From NCBI GenBank assembly GCA_020718085.1, contig DYDB01000001.1, forward strand, positions 117,902-181,901: a stretch of DNA of 64,000 nt. The letters are read 5' to 3'. Under the pieces are notes generated by a model, which was not told the DNA's origin, did not search any database, and was given only the letters and a program-made list of their open reading frames with translations. The translations under genes were made by a program, and so were the position numbers. Of this stretch, positions 19,604-30,045 are shown piece by piece; position 1 is the stretch's first letter; every line of letters begins with the position of its first letter. The DNA is from Micavibrio sp. (GTDB taxonomy: Bacteria > Patescibacteriota > Minisyncoccia > Moranbacterales > GCA-2747515).

Positions 19604-21493
19604 ATGGACAAGCTCATAGAGCTCATTCTTGGTTTGCGTCAGGACGTTGCCAGCTTGCGATCTGATGTGCATACCTTGTCGGAGAAAGTGGATCATCTAT
19701 CCGCTCAACCGCAGGTGCAAAATGTGCAAACTGCACAATCTGTACAAGCACAGAATGTACAAAATACGCAACATGCAGGCTATGGACGAGAATTGTCGGC
19801 ATCAGAAAAAGCATATCTTGATCGGTTGCATGGTGTATCGCAACAAGGAGAAAGAACAATAGAAACTGAAAAGACCAATTTTGAAAACACAGATGTGCCA
19901 CAAGCACCTACAGCAATGACACAAACTCCGGCAATGCAATATGTTGCACCTTCCGGACCGAATGTTGTTGAACGATTTTTCATGTGGCTTCAAAAAGATT
20001 GGCCGATGAAAGTGGGTGGCTTCTTTGTCATTGCTGCTGTCGGATGGTTCGTGACATATGCTGCAAAAGTGGGATGGTTATCTGAAACGGCGCGAGTGGT
20101 TCTGGGTTACGGATTTGCGGTTGTGTGTATCACATTTGGTACACTGCGTGCAGAGAAAGAACGAGCACAAGGAAATGTGTTTTTGGTGATCGGTAGCGGT
20201 GCAATGCTTATCTCCACACTTGCCGGTATTTATTTTGATTTGATCGTGCACGGTGTGGGGCTTTTTGTGATGTTATTATCCGTCGGTTTTGTCACATTGG
20301 TTTCTCTAAAGCAAAAAAGTGCCGCACTTACATCATCGATGATCTTTTTTGGTGCGATCATTCCGCTGTTCTTTTTTTCCGGCGTGAGCATCAATACGAT
20401 CTTCGTATATCTTTTTATTTTGACGCTTGGCACACTGTGGATCGTGTCATTTATGCAGTGGCGTGGACTGACATTTCTCATGTTATGCGTCGTAGCATTT
20501 TATTCATTCGGATATATGATCGATGCCTATGATTCGATGGATATCGAAAGCGTGCGCAATATTATCATCGCTTTCCTTTTTACCGCAACATTTTATATCG
20601 CAAATGTGTCAGCTGTGATCAAATCACAAAAACCGCATGTATATGATCTGATGACCGCAATTGGTTTGGGATTTCTTTTCTTGGTGTGGATGTTGAGTTT
20701 TTCACCTGAAGCAGTGGAGGTTTTCTTACTTCTCATTGGTACGTTATTTTTTGCAATCGCTTCTTATATGGTCTTTGTACGTACAGAGCATAGGGCGCCG
20801 ACAGTAATCTATGGTGGTGTGGGTGCGATGCTTTTTGCTGTAGCAACAGCATTGCAATTTGACGGTCCGGTATTGGTCACTGCATACGCTACTGAAGCAG
20901 CTGCAGTCATTATCGTTGTATTATATTTTGTAAGACAAAATATCTCCAATGGAACGCGCACATTCCTTACATTACTTTATGGTGTGCCGGTGATCATGTC
21001 CTTGTATTATGTTGCGACAATTTTCGACTATCTGTTGTATCCGGATCATGACATTATGAGCCAGATGCCCGCACTCTTTGCCGTTTTTGTGATCTGTGTA
21101 ACAGCTTTTGGTGTGGCGGTGGGTATTTTGCGTCTTACAGGGGCACAAAATGGTGAAAATATGACATTTTTCCGCATATTTGCCTACTTGGGAGGTTTCT
21201 ATGCATTACTACTTGTATGGTTTGTGACGCACATTTTTATGCGTGATTATGATGTAGCGACGTTCATATCACTTGTGATCTATACGGTGGTTGGTGTAGC
21301 ATTTTATATCTTGGGCATACGTGAAAACTATAAACCATACATGACTGTGGGGGGCATGTTGTTTGGGCTTGTTGTCGCTCGCGTGCTTTTTGTGGAATTT
21401 TGGGAAATGGACATTGTCATGCGCATTATCACATCATTTGTGTTGGGTGCACTTCTGATCTCTACAGCGTTCATTCGTAAAAGTAAGAAATAA
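19604..21493 (+). CDS. DUF2339-like membrane protein
   Basis: N-terminal coiled coil and Q-rich linker, W..KVGG, RVVLG, many TMs. Confidence 0.8.
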   Translation: MDKLIELILGLRQDVASLRSDVHTLSEKVDHLSAQPQVQNVQTAQSVQAQNVQNTQHAGYGRELSASEKAYLDRLHGVSQQGERTIETEKTNFENTDVPQAPTAMTQTPAMQYVAPSGPNVVERFFMWLQKDWPMKVGGFFVIAAVGWFVTYAAKVGWLSETARVVLGYGFAVVCITFGTLRAEKERAQGNVFLVIGSGAMLISTLAGIYFDLIVHGVGLFVMLLSVGFVTLVSLKQKSAALTSSMIFFGAIIPLFFFSGVSINTIFVYLFILTLGTLWIVSFMQWRGLTFLMLCVVAFYSFGYMIDAYDSMDIESVRNIIIAFLFTATFYIANVSAVIKSQKPHVYDLMTAIGLGFLFLVWMLSFSPEAVEVFLLLIGTLFFAIASYMVFVRTEHRAPTVIYGGVGAMLFAVATALQFDGPVLVTAYATEAAAVIIVVLYFVRQNISNGTRTFLTLLYGVPVIMSLYYVATIFDYLLYPDHDIMSQMPALFAVFVICVTAFGVAVGILRLTGAQNGENMTFFRIFAYLGGFYALLLVWFVTHIFMRDYDVATFISLVIYTVVGVAFYILGIRENYKPYMTVGGMLFGLVVARVLFVEFWEMDIVMRIITSFVLGALLISTAFIRKSKK

Positions 21494-21498
21494 TTTTT

Positions 21499-22728
21499 AT
21501 GAAAAAATACATAGTTGGTGCAGCGTTGATGATGAGCAGTGTTTGTGTGGGAACATATACATATGCACAGTCATCCGTACAAGCTACAGCTGAACAGAAA
21601 AGCGCATTTATGTCACAGGCACACGTTGTGCCAAATGATGTTGTTGTGCCAAAGATGATCGATGTGCCATTGGCTTTCAACGAAAATAGTCAACTCACAA
21701 CTCTTGTGGTAGATGAGGCAGGAAATGTTACACCGTCTACAGTGATCACTCATACGCAACAGCAAGCTTTACATCTCACTGCAAAAGATTCCTTTGGCAA
21801 TCAGAATTCCACAAGGATGGTGGATGGTTCGCATGACACATTTACAGAATTTCCTTTTGTGGAGGGGCAGGTAGTAGATGAGAGCATTGTATCAATAACA
21901 GATCAAAATGATCACGAAACATTTGTAGGGGAGCGGGCAACCGTTTCTAATCCTGAAAATATTGTACAGATTGATGTAACTGCAGACAGGGCTTTTACAA
22001 CAGATCAAGTGTCCTTATATTTTGATGCGCATGTTACACAGCCGACACATGTGCGGATTGCCTCTGTAGATGCGGATGGTAAAGAGCATCTCTTGCTTCC
22101 GGAAAAGTTTTTTACACAAGCAAGCGTCAGTTTTCCCAAAGAAACAGCAGATCATTTTCGTATCACACTGAAATACGTGAAGCCATTGCGTATCAATGAG
22201 ATCAAGTTCTCCGAGCAAGGTGTACCACAAAAAGTAGATCGTCTCGTGCGATTTGTTGCGCAGCCGCAAAAAACCTATGATGTGTTTTTTAATGTGACAG
22301 AACATGTGGACATGCCTCAGCAAGAATCTCCGGATTTTCACAAGAACAGTGCCGTGATGATTGTTGCGCCGGAAAAAATGATGAATAATATGCTCTATAA
22401 GGGCGCCGATACGGACGAGGATGGCGTGATCGATCGTGAGGATAATTGTATCGGTATTGTAAATACTGATCAGATCGATAAGGACGGTAACAGCATCGGT
22501 GATGCATGTGAAGATTTTGACCATGACGGGATAATCAATGCCACAGACAATTGTCCTGATGTTGTCAATCGCATGCAGGATGATGAGGATATGGACAATG
22601 TCGGTGACGCATGTGATGGCATAGAAAGTCGATTTATGGAAAAATATCCGTGGATCCCATATGTTGCTCTGGTGGTGGTTTTTGGCGTTGTGACAACACT
22701 GATCATAAAAACACTAAAAAAGAATTGA
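21499..22728 (+). CDS. Exported thrombospondin type-3 repeat protein with C-terminal TM
   Basis: Signal peptide; DxDxDG..DNC and GDAC repeats. Confidence 0.85.
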   Translation: MKKYIVGAALMMSSVCVGTYTYAQSSVQATAEQKSAFMSQAHVVPNDVVVPKMIDVPLAFNENSQLTTLVVDEAGNVTPSTVITHTQQQALHLTAKDSFGNQNSTRMVDGSHDTFTEFPFVEGQVVDESIVSITDQNDHETFVGERATVSNPENIVQIDVTADRAFTTDQVSLYFDAHVTQPTHVRIASVDADGKEHLLLPEKFFTQASVSFPKETADHFRITLKYVKPLRINEIKFSEQGVPQKVDRLVRFVAQPQKTYDVFFNVTEHVDMPQQESPDFHKNSAVMIVAPEKMMNNMLYKGADTDEDGVIDREDNCIGIVNTDQIDKDGNSIGDACEDFDHDGIINATDNCPDVVNRMQDDEDMDNVGDACDGIESRFMEKYPWIPYVALVVVFGVVTTLIIKTLKKN

Positions 22729-22742
22729 TAAAGTGATGTGAT

Positions 22743-23084
22743 ATGAAAAAGGGAATTGTGATCGTATGTATTATTTTTTTGTTCCTGATCTGTTTTTATC
22801 TGATCTATAAAAATGCTTTTTTTGACAGTGAAGTTGATGTAGTTCAAAAGAGTGAATTGGAAACTAATGAAAGTGATGTGCGCATCGACGATCATATGAA
22901 ATGTACAAGTGATCAGGAATGTGTGCCGGCAACGTGTTGCCATCCAACAGAAGTGGTGAACAAGAACTTTTCTCCAAATTGTAGTGGAAGATTGTGCACG
23001 ATGTCATGTGAGACGATTCTTGACTGCGGACGTGGTAAACCTGTATGCAACAATGGTTTCTGTGACATAGATGTGCTACAGTGA
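22743..23084 (+). CDS. Membrane-anchored Cys-rich protein
   Basis: N-terminal TM; CTSDQECVPATCCH...C...CTMSC...C...C.NGFC. Confidence 0.75.
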   Translation: MKKGIVIVCIIFLFLICFYLIYKNAFFDSEVDVVQKSELETNESDVRIDDHMKCTSDQECVPATCCHPTEVVNKNFSPNCSGRLCTMSCETILDCGRGKPVCNNGFCDIDVLQ

Positions 23085-23118
23085 TAATGTAAGTAGGGTT
23101 TTTATAGTTTGCAATGAT

Positions 23119-24063
23119 ATGAAGAGAATCTTGATCTTGGGGTCCAAAGGTATGCTTGGGCAAGAATTGTTGCGTGTTTTTCAACATGATAAGAAATATG
23201 ATGTTACGGCGTGGGATCGCGAGGACATCGATGTGACACAATTTGATGCATTATACCGCAGAGTTAGTGATATGTGGCCGGATGTGATCTTCAATGCAAT
23301 TGCGTACAACGCGGTGGATGCATGTGAAACAGATGATGATGAATATGCAAAAGCGCGTATGCTCAATAGTGATTTTCCGGGGGAATTGGCACGTGCAGCA
23401 AAGGCTGTTGATGCTGTGCTCGTACACTATTCTACGGATTATGTGTTTGACGGAGAACGTCCACAATATCCAGAAGGAAAAAATCCCGGATGTTGTGGCA
23501 GTGGATGTGCCGGATGTATGTATAAAGGTCCGGACGAAACGTTACCGTATTATTCTTACCATGAGGATGATATCGCGCGACCGCTATCTCGTTATGGCCA
23601 TACAAAATTAAAAGGAGAGCAAAATGTGATGAAAAATGTCAACAGACATTATATCATTCGGTTGTCAAAATTATTTGGCAAGCCGGCAGAAAGTGTATTG
23701 GGGAAACGAAGTTTTTTTGATGTCATGCGTGAATTGGGTGAAACAAAAAAAGAAGTGCAAGCGGTAGATGGAGAGATGAGCAAATTTACCTATGCACCGG
23801 ATCTCGCAAAAACAAGCAAAGAGATCGTGGAAAATAATCTTGCACCAGGAATTTATCACGTGGCAAATGATGGTGCGGCCACATGGTATGATGGCGTGAA
23901 AGAGTTCTATAAAATTCTGGGTATCAAAACAAAAGTTGTGTCTGTGCCACCGGAGACATTTCCTCGCCCAGCCAAACGTCCGAGTTCATCTGTGCTCAAA
24001 GTGACCAAGATCAAAAACCTGCGACATTACAGTGAGGCGTTAAAAGAATACTTAGAAAAATAA
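23119..24063 (+). CDS. rfbD: dTDP-4-dehydrorhamnose reductase (RmlD) with Cys-rich insertion
   Basis: GSKGMLG, AYNAVD, YSTDYVFDG, YGHTK, RPAKRP. Confidence 0.92.
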   Translation: MKRILILGSKGMLGQELLRVFQHDKKYDVTAWDREDIDVTQFDALYRRVSDMWPDVIFNAIAYNAVDACETDDDEYAKARMLNSDFPGELARAAKAVDAVLVHYSTDYVFDGERPQYPEGKNPGCCGSGCAGCMYKGPDETLPYYSYHEDDIARPLSRYGHTKLKGEQNVMKNVNRHYIIRLSKLFGKPAESVLGKRSFFDVMRELGETKKEVQAVDGEMSKFTYAPDLAKTSKEIVENNLAPGIYHVANDGAATWYDGVKEFYKILGIKTKVVSVPPETFPRPAKRPSSSVLKVTKIKNLRHYSEALKEYLEK

Positions 24064-24110
24064 GGGTGAAAATTCAAAAATATTTTCAGCGTAGCTTCAT
24101 GATGTGTATG

Positions 24111-24151
24111 AAAAACTGCCTACGAAAAAATTAATTTCATAGGCAGTTTTG
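24111..24151. terminator. Bidirectional terminator
   Basis: AAAACTGCCTA...TAGGCAGTTTT. Confidence 0.65.
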
Positions 24152-24177
24152 GTGAGCGCTATTACGTGCTTAGTGTT

Positions 24178-24777
24178 CTATTCCGTGATGACTTTGGGTG
24201 TGCCACTTTTTAATAGTGCCTCCCAAGTCATGTCTTTTGCAATATATGCAAGTGAATCCGAAATGGAGGTGATCAACACAGTTTTCTTTCCCGAAGGTCG
24301 TTCTTCCCAGAGTTTGAGAAACAATTGATAAATCCATTCACAAACCTTCGTTGCAGTCCAATAGGGCTCCTCGATAATTCCATTGACAAGATAATTTCCT
24401 GCGACACAGATATCCTCTCCTCGACGCAATCTTATTTGGTAGAAAAATCTTCCGAAATCATCATATGATTTTTCGATCACTTGTGCCGCACAGTGACTGC
24501 TCATCAAATGAGACGGAGCCACTTTACCACTCATGTAGTTTTCGCGACAATGTGTGTCTATCGTGAATAAGAGGCTGGTATTGTTTCTGGGAACACCGGC
24601 GAGGAAATAGACTGGCTTATTTTCATCTTCCACGATCAAAAATCGCCTATCCTTCTCATGACCATTGTGTACCGCAAAAATTTCTACACCAGATCCTACT
24701 CCCAGATCATATTCACTATGACTAGGGGTTGAATCATTTCCTTTTTTAGAAAAGTACAGAGAAATTAGATCTCCCAT
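24178..24777 (-). CDS. Hypothetical SD-led protein
   Basis: GAGGAGGT SD; TTGACA-17-TATAAT promoter on the minus strand (24885-24913). Confidence 0.75.
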   Translation of the reverse strand: MGDLISLYFSKKGNDSTPSHSEYDLGVGSGVEIFAVHNGHEKDRRFLIVEDENKPVYFLAGVPRNNTSLLFTIDTHCRENYMSGKVAPSHLMSSHCAAQVIEKSYDDFGRFFYQIRLRRGEDICVAGNYLVNGIIEEPYWTATKVCEWIYQLFLKLWEERPSGKKTVLITSISDSLAYIAKDMTWEALLKSGTPKVITE

Positions 24778-24950
24778 AATGCACCTCCTCGGTTGCGTTG
24801 ATAACATTGCTTCGCGCACATGCTATCGCTTATGGATTTTTGGATGCAAAAAGCATCATTTTGTTACGACGATCGCAACCGATTATTATACCAAAAAATA
24901 AAAGATTTGTCAATATTGTGTGCAAAATGAGTGAGGTATATGATGAGTTA

Positions 24951-24979
24951 TTGACAATATAAAGATTTTACAGTATCTT
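24951..24979 (+). promoter_or_regulatory. sigma70 promoter of the str operon
   Basis: TTGACA-17-TATCTT. Confidence 0.6.
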
Positions 24980-25083
24980 AGATAAAGCTATTTGCGAATA
25001 GTGTTTTTTGCTTATATTGGTATGGGTTACTGTATAAGCAAAAGAGTTGCAAGAAATTCTAATCAATATAACAGTAAATTATT

Positions 25084-25497
25084 GTGCCTACAATCAATCA
25101 ACTGAAACGTCGTGCGCGTAAAAGTCAAAGCAGAAAAAATACTGCACCAGCAATGACAAATGTTTTTAACACATTGCAAAACCGACCAATTAAATCACAA
25201 AGCCCGTTCAAACGCGGTGTGTGTTTGAAAGTGTCTACAACAACACCAAAAAAGCCGAACTCCGCTTTGCGAAAGATCGCGCGTGTGAAGCTTACCAACG
25301 GTATGGAAGTTACAGCATATATTCCAGGTGTTGGACACAACTTGCAGGAGCACTCCATTGTGATGATCCGTGGTGGTCGTGTAAAAGACTTGCCGGGTGT
25401 ACGTTATCACGTAGTGCGTGGCGTTCTTGACTGTGCCGGAGTGGATGGTCGCCGTCGTGGACGTTCAAAATACGGAGCAAAGAGACCACAAGCGTAG
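25084..25497 (+). CDS. rpsL: 30S ribosomal protein S12
   Basis: [27 protein letters not shown]. Confidence 0.99.
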   Translation: MPTINQLKRRARKSQSRKNTAPAMTNVFNTLQNRPIKSQSPFKRGVCLKVSTTTPKKPNSALRKIARVKLTNGMEVTAYIPGVGHNLQEHSIVMIRGGRVKDLPGVRYHVVRGVLDCAGVDGRRRGRSKYGAKRPQA

Positions 25498-25536
25498 TTT
25501 CATCTTTCAATATTTAGAAATCTAATTGTAAAAATT

Positions 25537-26004
25537 ATGCCAAGACGTAAAAGAGTTTATAGAAAGTCATGGCGACCTGATTCTCAGTATAATAATATAT
25601 TGGTTGGTCGTTTTATCGGACAGATCACATTAAGTGGAAAGAGATCAACTGCAGAGCGGTTGGTGTATGATGCATTTGATGTTATTCAACAACGTACAAA
25701 AAAAGGCGGTTTGAATGTTTTTGAACAAGCGATCAAAAATGTTTCTCCTCTTGTTGCACTTAAATCACGCCGTGTGGGTGGTGCAAACTATCAAGTTCCA
25801 GTGCCAGTTGTTGGTGAGCGTCGTCAAACCCTAGCGATGCGTTGGATTCGTGAAGCATGCCGTAAAGGAAAAGGAAAAGGTTTTGCCGATAAACTTGCCA
25901 CAGAATTGATCGCAGCTGCAGAAAAAGAAGGTTTGGCAATGAAAAAACGCGAAGAAACTCATCGTATGGCAGATGCAAACAAGGCTTTTGCACACTTTGC
26001 GTAG
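25537..26004 (+). CDS. rpsG: 30S ribosomal protein S7
   Basis: RRVGGANYQVP, ANKAFAHF. Confidence 0.99.
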   Translation: MPRRKRVYRKSWRPDSQYNNILVGRFIGQITLSGKRSTAERLVYDAFDVIQQRTKKGGLNVFEQAIKNVSPLVALKSRRVGGANYQVPVPVVGERRQTLAMRWIREACRKGKGKGFADKLATELIAAAEKEGLAMKKREETHRMADANKAFAHFA

Positions 26005-26007
26005 TAA

Positions 26008-26182
26008 GTAACTGTCTAAATATCTCACCGCCATAAAATGGCTTGCCGATTGAAATTCTAAAATTTCGGCTGCAAAACCTTCAGATCTCATCATGTTACC
26101 TACGGGTAGCATTCTCTCGATCTTCATATTTTTCGCTCGAAATTTTAGGATTTCAACCCGACATGAGATATTAGACAGTTAC
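26008..26182. mobile_element. MITE-like long-hairpin element
   Basis: Terminal inverted repeats GTAACTGTCTAA(A)TATCTCA/TGAGATATTAGACAGTTAC, nested inverted repeats, flanked by TAA on both sides. Confidence 0.65.
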
Positions 26183-26240
26183 TAAGAGAAATATTCTTTT
26201 CTTATACCATTTTTGTCATCTAACAAAATAAAAAAAACAT

Positions 26241-27140
26241 ATGAAGAAAGTATTGCGTCGCTTTGTGGACGTGTGGAAGCTAGATTTTTTGGCGAAGTTT
26301 TTTGCTGGGGAATATCGTGACACGCGGACAACAATCGTTTTTTGGATCCTTTCTAATATTATGGTGGTTTTTATTTTTACCATGCAGATCTTTTTTGGTT
26401 TGCTAATGGTGAAGGATGACCTCGTGAATGGTATACAGAAAAATGTCAATGATGGTGCGGCAGTCGCATTTTTTGACGGACAACTGACGATCGAAAACGT
26501 GGAAGATCCATTCTTTCGAGAAGTTAAGGCGACAAATGATGACGGACAAGGTGCAAACTTTGTAGTGATCATTGATCAACGTGCAGATACATATGATCTG
26601 AATGCGCTGGATGAGTATGCAAGTGGCATGATCTTTCTACATGATCGAGCATATATGAAAGATGGCAGTGACATTACGCAAGTGCTTTATGCGGATGTGC
26701 CAAATTTTTCACTATCCAAAGAGCAATTATTGGAATATTTTGATCGTTATTATATATTTCCATTTTCGATCGGTATTACGATCGTTGCGGGTGTTTTCAT
26801 GTTATTCTTCTTCTTGTGTCTGAGAACGATCGGGGCGTTGTGGTGGGCGCTTATGCTTTATGTGATCGGCTTGGTCATGAACGTGCATATGGCATATAGC
26901 GTTGCATATAAAAGCACGCTCAATCTGTATTTTGTACCAATGATCGTTGTGACACTGGTGACGGTTGTTGCAGGAACGCAAATCCCTCTTTTGACAACGG
27001 TAATTTTCATTGCAGTTTTTGTGGCAAATCTTCTGTGGTTCAAGAAACACATGAAGAAAGAAGAGACAGTGGAAAATGAGGTAATTATACCTGCACAAGT
27101 AAATACAGAAGAAAATATCAGTACCTCAGTGAAAAAATAG
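26241..27140 (+). CDS. DUF1189-like membrane protein
   Basis: N-terminal TM, extracellular loop, four C-terminal TMs. Confidence 0.7.
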   Translation: MKKVLRRFVDVWKLDFLAKFFAGEYRDTRTTIVFWILSNIMVVFIFTMQIFFGLLMVKDDLVNGIQKNVNDGAAVAFFDGQLTIENVEDPFFREVKATNDDGQGANFVVIIDQRADTYDLNALDEYASGMIFLHDRAYMKDGSDITQVLYADVPNFSLSKEQLLEYFDRYYIFPFSIGITIVAGVFMLFFFLCLRTIGALWWALMLYVIGLVMNVHMAYSVAYKSTLNLYFVPMIVVTLVTVVAGTQIPLLTTVIFIAVFVANLLWFKKHMKKEETVENEVIIPAQVNTEENISTSVKK

Positions 27141-27249
27141 ATCAGCATTTGTCATGGATATATACCGTGACAAAGTTCATATGATGTGTTACAGTGATGC
27201 AATAATCAATTTTTTAGATATTTATAAATAAATCAATTAATCAATCATT

Positions 27250-29343
27250 ATGAGTAGGAAGACACCCCTTGATCAGTTACGTAATATTGGCATCATTGCA
27301 CACATCGATGCAGGAAAAACAACAACAACAGAACGCGTTCTGTATTATACGGGCATTTCGCATAAGATCGGTGAGGTGCATGAAGGTGAAGCAACCATGG
27401 ACTGGATGGAACAGGAGCGTGAACGTGGTATTACCATTACGTCGGCTGCAACAACAACATTTTGGAAAGATCATCAGATCAATATTATTGATACACCGGG
27501 ACACGTTGATTTTACTGTGGAGGTTGAACGCTCTATGCGCGTGCTTGACGGTGGTGTTGTAGTTTTCGACGGAAAAGAAGGTGTGGAACCACAGTCAGAG
27601 ACAGTGTGGCGCCAAGCAGATAAATACAAGGTGCCACGCATTTGTTTCATCAATAAGATCGACAAGGAGGGTGCGGATTTTGATCGTGCACTTACATCAA
27701 TTCATGAGCGTCTGACACCTCATGCAATTGCAGCGCAATTACCGGTTGGTGAGCGTAGCGGATTTGAAGGCGTGATCGATCTGATCACAATGAAAAAAGT
27801 GACATTTGGCGGTAAAATGGGTGAAGAGGTGATCACAGAAGAATGTCCGGAGGAATTAAAGGCAAAAGCTTTGGAATGGCGTGAAAAATTGGTAGAAAAA
27901 GCAGCTGAGCAAGATGATGATCTCATGGAAAAATATTTGGGCGGAGAAGAACTTAGCGAGGCAGAGATCAAGTCAGCTATTCGCAAGGGCGTGATCGCAA
28001 CAACACTCATCCCTGTGTTCACGGGAACAGCACTTCAGAATAAAGGCGTGCAGTTGGTTTTGGATGCAGTGGTGGATTATTTACCGGCACCAAATGAGAT
28101 CCCACCTATTATCGGTAAAGATCCACGTAATGCAGATAAAGAAATAATCCGTCAAGCGACAGATGAAGAACCTTTTGCTGCACTTGCATTTAAAGTCGCA
28201 ACAGATCCTTTCGTAGGACAGCTGATCTTCTTCCGCATCTATTCCGGTTCACTCCAATCCGGATCATATGTTGTAAACACTACAAGTGGCAAGAAAGAGC
28301 GTGTAGGACGTATCTTGCGCATGCATTCCAACAATCGTGAAGAGGTGCAAGAGTTGTTTGCTGGTGAAATTGGTGCGCTTGTAGGACTCAAGGCAACAAA
28401 AACAGGAGATACATTGTGTGATCCTGACAATCAAGTAGTACTTGAATCCATTGAATTTCCAGAACCGGTGATCGCAATTGCTGTAGAACCAAAGACAAAG
28501 GCTGATCAAGAAAAAATGGGCATTGCACTCGGCAAGCTCGCAGAAGAGGATCCAACATTTCGTGTGCGCACGGATGAAGAATCTGGTCAAACGATCATTT
28601 CTGGTATGGGCGAATTGCATTTGGATATTATTGTTGATCGTATGCGTCGTGAATTTAAAGTAGAAGCTAATATTGGGCAGCCACAAGTATCATATCGTGA
28701 AACGATCACACAAACGGCAGAAGGTGAAGGAAAGTTCATCAAGCAATCTGGTGGACGCGGACAATATGGTCATTGTTGGGTACGCATTTCACCACGTGAA
28801 CAAGGTCAGGGATTTGAATTTGTGGATGAGATCAAGGGCGGTGTAATTCCACAGGAATATATCAAACCTGTTCAACAAGGTGCTGCTGAGGCGATGAACA
28901 ATGGTGTGATTGCAGGTTATCCAATGGTTGATGTTTCCGTTGCCCTTTATGATGGTAGTTACCATGATGTGGACTCCTCTGAAGCAGCCTTCAAAGTTGC
29001 GGGATCCATGGCCTTCAAAGCCGCCGTGCGCAATGCAAAGCCGATCATTCTTGAGCCGATCATGGCAGTGGTGATCCTTACGCCGGAACAGTCCATGGGT
29101 GATGTTGTGGGTGATGTGAACGCAAAGCGTGGTGTAATCAAGGAAATGAATGATCGTGGAGAAGGTATGGCGATTCTCAAAGAGATCCACGCAGAAGTTC
29201 CACTTTCCGCAATGTTTGGATATGCAACACAATTACGCTCCATGTCACAGGGACGAGCAAGTTCCACGATGGAATTTAGTCACTATGCGGAAGTGCCAAA
29301 TAATATTGCACAAGAGATCATTGGAAACAGTGAAAAGAAATAG
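27250..29343 (+). CDS. fusA: Elongation factor G
   Basis: [25 protein letters not shown], full 697 aa. Confidence 0.99.
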   Translation: MSRKTPLDQLRNIGIIAHIDAGKTTTTERVLYYTGISHKIGEVHEGEATMDWMEQERERGITITSAATTTFWKDHQINIIDTPGHVDFTVEVERSMRVLDGGVVVFDGKEGVEPQSETVWRQADKYKVPRICFINKIDKEGADFDRALTSIHERLTPHAIAAQLPVGERSGFEGVIDLITMKKVTFGGKMGEEVITEECPEELKAKALEWREKLVEKAAEQDDDLMEKYLGGEELSEAEIKSAIRKGVIATTLIPVFTGTALQNKGVQLVLDAVVDYLPAPNEIPPIIGKDPRNADKEIIRQATDEEPFAALAFKVATDPFVGQLIFFRIYSGSLQSGSYVVNTTSGKKERVGRILRMHSNNREEVQELFAGEIGALVGLKATKTGDTLCDPDNQVVLESIEFPEPVIAIAVEPKTKADQEKMGIALGKLAEEDPTFRVRTDEESGQTIISGMGELHLDIIVDRMRREFKVEANIGQPQVSYRETITQTAEGEGKFIKQSGGRGQYGHCWVRISPREQGQGFEFVDEIKGGVIPQEYIKPVQQGAAEAMNNGVIAGYPMVDVSVALYDGSYHDVDSSEAAFKVAGSMAFKAAVRNAKPIILEPIMAVVILTPEQSMGDVVGDVNAKRGVIKEMNDRGEGMAILKEIHAEVPLSAMFGYATQLRSMSQGRASSTMEFSHYAEVPNNIAQEIIGNSEKK

Positions 29344-29369
29344 GCGATCATTTGAAACAGCTTTTTTGG

Positions 29370-29405
29370 GAACCCTGCACATCTTGTGCAGGGTTTTCTT
29401 TTTTT
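29370..29405 (+). terminator. Intrinsic terminator after fusA
   Basis: AACCCTGCAC/GTGCAGGGTT plus long T-tract. Confidence 0.85.
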
Positions 29406-29459
29406 GGAATAGTCCTTGTGTACAGCTGTCGGCAAGTAGATTTAATAGTGCTCGTATAA

Positions 29460-29560
29460 TGTCATTCTCGACTTCGATCAGGAATCTAGAAAATATTGCT
29501 ATAAATAATATTCTTCTGGATCTTCAGATTGAGTCTGTCTGCCGGTAAGGAGGGGTAACA
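29460..29560. repeat. Degenerate GTCAT-type REP doublet with nested palindrome
   Basis: TGTCATTCTCGACTTCGATCAGGAATCTAG...CTGGATCTTCAGATTGAGT-ctgtctgccggtaagg-...GGGTAACA. Confidence 0.55.
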
Positions 29561-29670
29561 TATGATAAAAATGAGATGGTCTCTTATATTACGGAAAATC
29601 AAAAAAGCAGCGATTGCTCGCTGCTATTTGATTATTACAAGGATATTTTCATATCCTGTAAGAAGTCGTA

Positions 29671-29871
29671 TTACGCTCGGCTAACATTCACTGCGTTCTG
29701 GCCTTTTGGACCATCTGCAATTTCAAATGTTACGTCGTCACCTTCCTGTAGGTCATTGAATTCAACACCCTGCAATTCAGATGCATGAAAGAATAGATCT
29801 TTTTCTGCACCATCTTGAGAGATGAATCCAAAACCACGGTCTGTGAGACGAGCAATTTTTCCTTTGTTCAT
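29671..29871 (-). CDS. cspA: Cold-shock protein
   Basis: RGFGFI, DLFFH, GPKG-NAVNV; upstream TTGACA-17-TATGCT. Confidence 0.95.
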   Translation of the reverse strand: MNKGKIARLTDRGFGFISQDGAEKDLFFHASELQGVEFNDLQEGDDVTFEIADGPKGQNAVNVSRA

Positions 29872-30045
29872 CGTTTGGAATAGCTTATATTTGTTACTTG
29901 TTCAAATACAGGGTTCTGTTTGATGAAACTCGACTACGATCTTCTTACAGTTCTGATTTGATTGCATCAAGCATAACAGTAAAATATAATTTTGTCAACC
30001 CTTGTGAATATGATATGATAAATGAGTAAAAAATAAACATAAAAA

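Noticed and set aside
29547-29684. Apparent SD (AAGGAGGGG) plus a 40-codon ORF from 29562
   Set aside because: The SD-like string is the junction of a degenerate 20-bp palindrome and a REP arm, and the ORF runs through the cspA terminator region.
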